This document shows positions 62,243 to 64,000 of a DNA stretch of 64,000 nt, piece after piece. The stretch comes from Felis catus (Eukaryota). The stretch covers positions 29,266,001 through 29,330,000 of the forward strand of contig NC_058383.1 of NCBI RefSeq assembly GCF_018350175.1. The letters run 5' to 3'. Numbering within the stretch: the stretch's first letter is position 1; every line of letters begins with the position of its first letter. The position numbers were made by a program, and so were the translations under genes. The notes beneath the pieces were generated by a model. The model worked only from the letters and a program-made list of their open reading frames with translations, searched no databases and was not told the DNA's origin.

Positions 62243-63307
62243 TTTTTTCAACGTTTATTTGTTTTTGGGACAGAGAGAGACAGAGCATGAACGGGCGAGG
62301 GGCAGAGAGAGAGGGAGACACAGAATTGGAAACAGGTTCCAGGCTCTGAGCCGTCAGCCCAGAGCCCGACGCGGGGCTCGAACTCACGGACTGCGAGATC
62401 GTGACCTGGCTGAAGTCGGATGCTTAACCGACTGCGCCACCCAGGCGCCCCTCTGGGTATTTTTCCAAAGAAAGCAAAAACCATTAATTTGAAAAGATAT
62501 CTGTACCCTTATGTTTACTGCAGCATGACTTACACTAGCCAAATATGGAAGCAACCTAAGTGTCCACGGATAGATGACTGGGTAAAGAAGATGTGACACA
62601 CACACACACAGAGGATTATTACTCAGCTATAAAAAAAGAGTATTTTTCTGGGGCGCCTGGGTGGCTCAGTCTGTTAAGTGTCCAACTTTGGTTCAGGCGA
62701 TGATCTCATAGCTTGTGAGTTCAAGCCCCACATCGGGCTCTGTGCTGACAGCTCAGAGCCAGGAGCCTGCTTCTGATTCTTTCTCTCTCTCTCTTGGCCT
62801 CTACCCTGCTCATGCTCAGTATCTCTCTGTCTCTCAAAAATAAAACATTAAAAACAAGCTACAGAAAGTATTTTTCCTATTTGTGACAGTAGGGATGGAC
62901 TACGAGGGGTTTATGTGAAGTGAAAGAAGGTGGACAGAGAAAAGCAGATACCAAACGATTTCACTTCTCTATGGAATCTAAAGAACAGAATAAATGAACA
63001 AACAAAACAGAAACACTCATAAATCCAAACACACCGGTGGCTGCCAGAGGGGAGATGGGGCGGGGGGATGGGTACAGTAAGTGGAGGTTATTAACAGTAC
63101 GAGTCTCCAGGTACAGAACAAGTCACAGGGATGTACAGTATAGCACAGGGGACACAGTCCGTGATCTCGTAATAACACTGTATGGTGACAGATGGTAACT
63201 GCACTTACCTGGGGAACATTTCATAACGTATAAGAGTGTCAAATGACTGCTGAACACCTGAAGCCACTATAATATTGTATGTCAAGTATACTTCAATTAA
63301 AAAAAAA
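58779..63307 (+). mobile_element. L1 with 5'UTR and ORF1, a large internal ORF2 deletion and four nested SINEs, antisense in the MRTFB intron
   Basis: 5' start ..gggaaatggcagagtaggtggatcctgagctcac and 3' end atacttcaattaaaaaaaaa. Diverged TSD AAAGTAGCATTTAAA (58764-58778) / AAAATAGCATTTCAA (63304-63318). Confidence 0.88.
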
Positions 63308-63451
63308 TAGCATTTCAAATGCAAATGAGGTTCTTGGCTCTGAAATTTGTGTTCGTACAGCGGCAAGCGCGTTTTAAACAAGGGATTCAGTGTGAGGACG
63401 ACACCCCAGATACCAGCCCACAGACCGTGGCCGCTGGTCTCGCTTACTTAC

Positions 63452-63589
63452 CTCTGGAAGGGAGGACGGGGCACCACGTGTCTGCTTGATGGCCTCCTCG
63501 TAGCGGGGAGGGTCTTTTGTCTTGGGGACCGGGCTCCCAAACAGGGAGTGCTGGACGACGCACTGCTGGGGTGGAGGGGGCGAACTAGG
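63452..63589 (-). CDS. MRTFB: MRTFB coding exon, 138 nt, phase 0-0: PSSPPPPQQCVVQHSLFGSPVPKTKDPPRYEEAIKQTRGAPSSLPE (contains the PPxY motif PPRY)
   Basis: Acceptor ctcttttgcctcag|CCT and donor GAG|gtaagt. DPPRYEEA is a myocardin/MRTF-family signature. Confidence 0.95.
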
Positions 63590-63912
63590 CTGAGGCAAAA
63601 AGAGGAGGGCACATGTCAGGTCTGGGCAGTGAGCTCAGAGGGCGGCCGAGTCACGGCGCTCCTGAACTCAGGAGCCTTCTCACCTCCAGCCTGTGTGGCT
63701 GATGGCACCGGGGCACCATCCTGTGAGGGAAGGGTCATCTGTTCCGCGGTAACAGCCAAGCTGCCCCTTAACAACCGTCACCACGGTCTTTGGCTATTTT
63801 GTCCCATTAATATTGATACTCAGTCCCTCCACGCCCGAAGCACTGGGTTCTGCAGTGCTTTAGGGCCCCATGAGCAAGCACTGTTACTGCTGCCCCGTGT
63901 GCACAGCACTAC

Positions 63913-64000
63913 CTTGTTGGAAGCGGTAGGTCCATTCTGCAGGGAGGCAAGTGGTGCGCTTCTGGACTGAAGAACACTGGTGGAGGTCTTGTTCACAAAG
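63913..64000 (-). CDS. MRTFB: MRTFB coding exon, partial (5' part outside the window): FVNKTSTSVLQSRSAPLASLQNGPTASNK
   Basis: Minus-strand translation resembles the human MRTFB segment ending ...LQNGPNTPNK (recalled). It ends at a phase-0 donor AAG|gtagt (GT at 63912-63911) and joins the next exon in frame. Confidence 0.9.

Noticed and set aside
85..62855. Can-SINE heads as tRNA genes, and recurring SINE ORFs (..[20 protein letters not shown]..) as a protein family
   Set aside because: They are tRNA-derived SINEs with (CT)n, polyA and TSDs, with no full cloverleaf. The ORFs are translations of the repeat.
63347..63970. 207-aa plus-strand ORF
   Set aside because: Antisense shadow of MRTFB exons and intron, with a non-ATG start.
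1..64000. CRISPR array or prokaryote-type system
   Set aside because: Eukaryotic DNA with no regularly spaced repeat-spacer structure.

Overview
Mammalian (Felidae-type) genomic DNA. The Can-SINE subfamilies are the felid SINEC_Fc kind and the L1s are carnivore-type. The window holds the 3' end of MRTFB (MKL2) on the minus strand: one partial and three complete coding exons (63913->64000, 63452-63589, 44970-45030, 42004-42536) and a ~5.2 kb 3'UTR ending near an AATAAA at 36833-36838. About 28 kb downstream of the gene, a tRNA-Thr(CGT) gene (8724-8795, minus) sits in a CpG island. The rest is mostly repeats: about 40 Can-SINEs, nested L1s of several ages (two with 5' ends retained, antisense inside an 18.4-kb MRTFB intron), MaLR LTRs, MER5A, MIR, L2 and microsatellites. 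I found no convincing novel multi-gene system. The best leads are possible splice routes to a TAD-less MRTFB, GC-shifted tracts including a CpG island inside the 3'UTR, a perfect (CA)n/(TG)n palindrome, and L1 structural oddities. Repeat family names and human comparisons come from memory of consensus sequences, and repeat boundaries are approximate.
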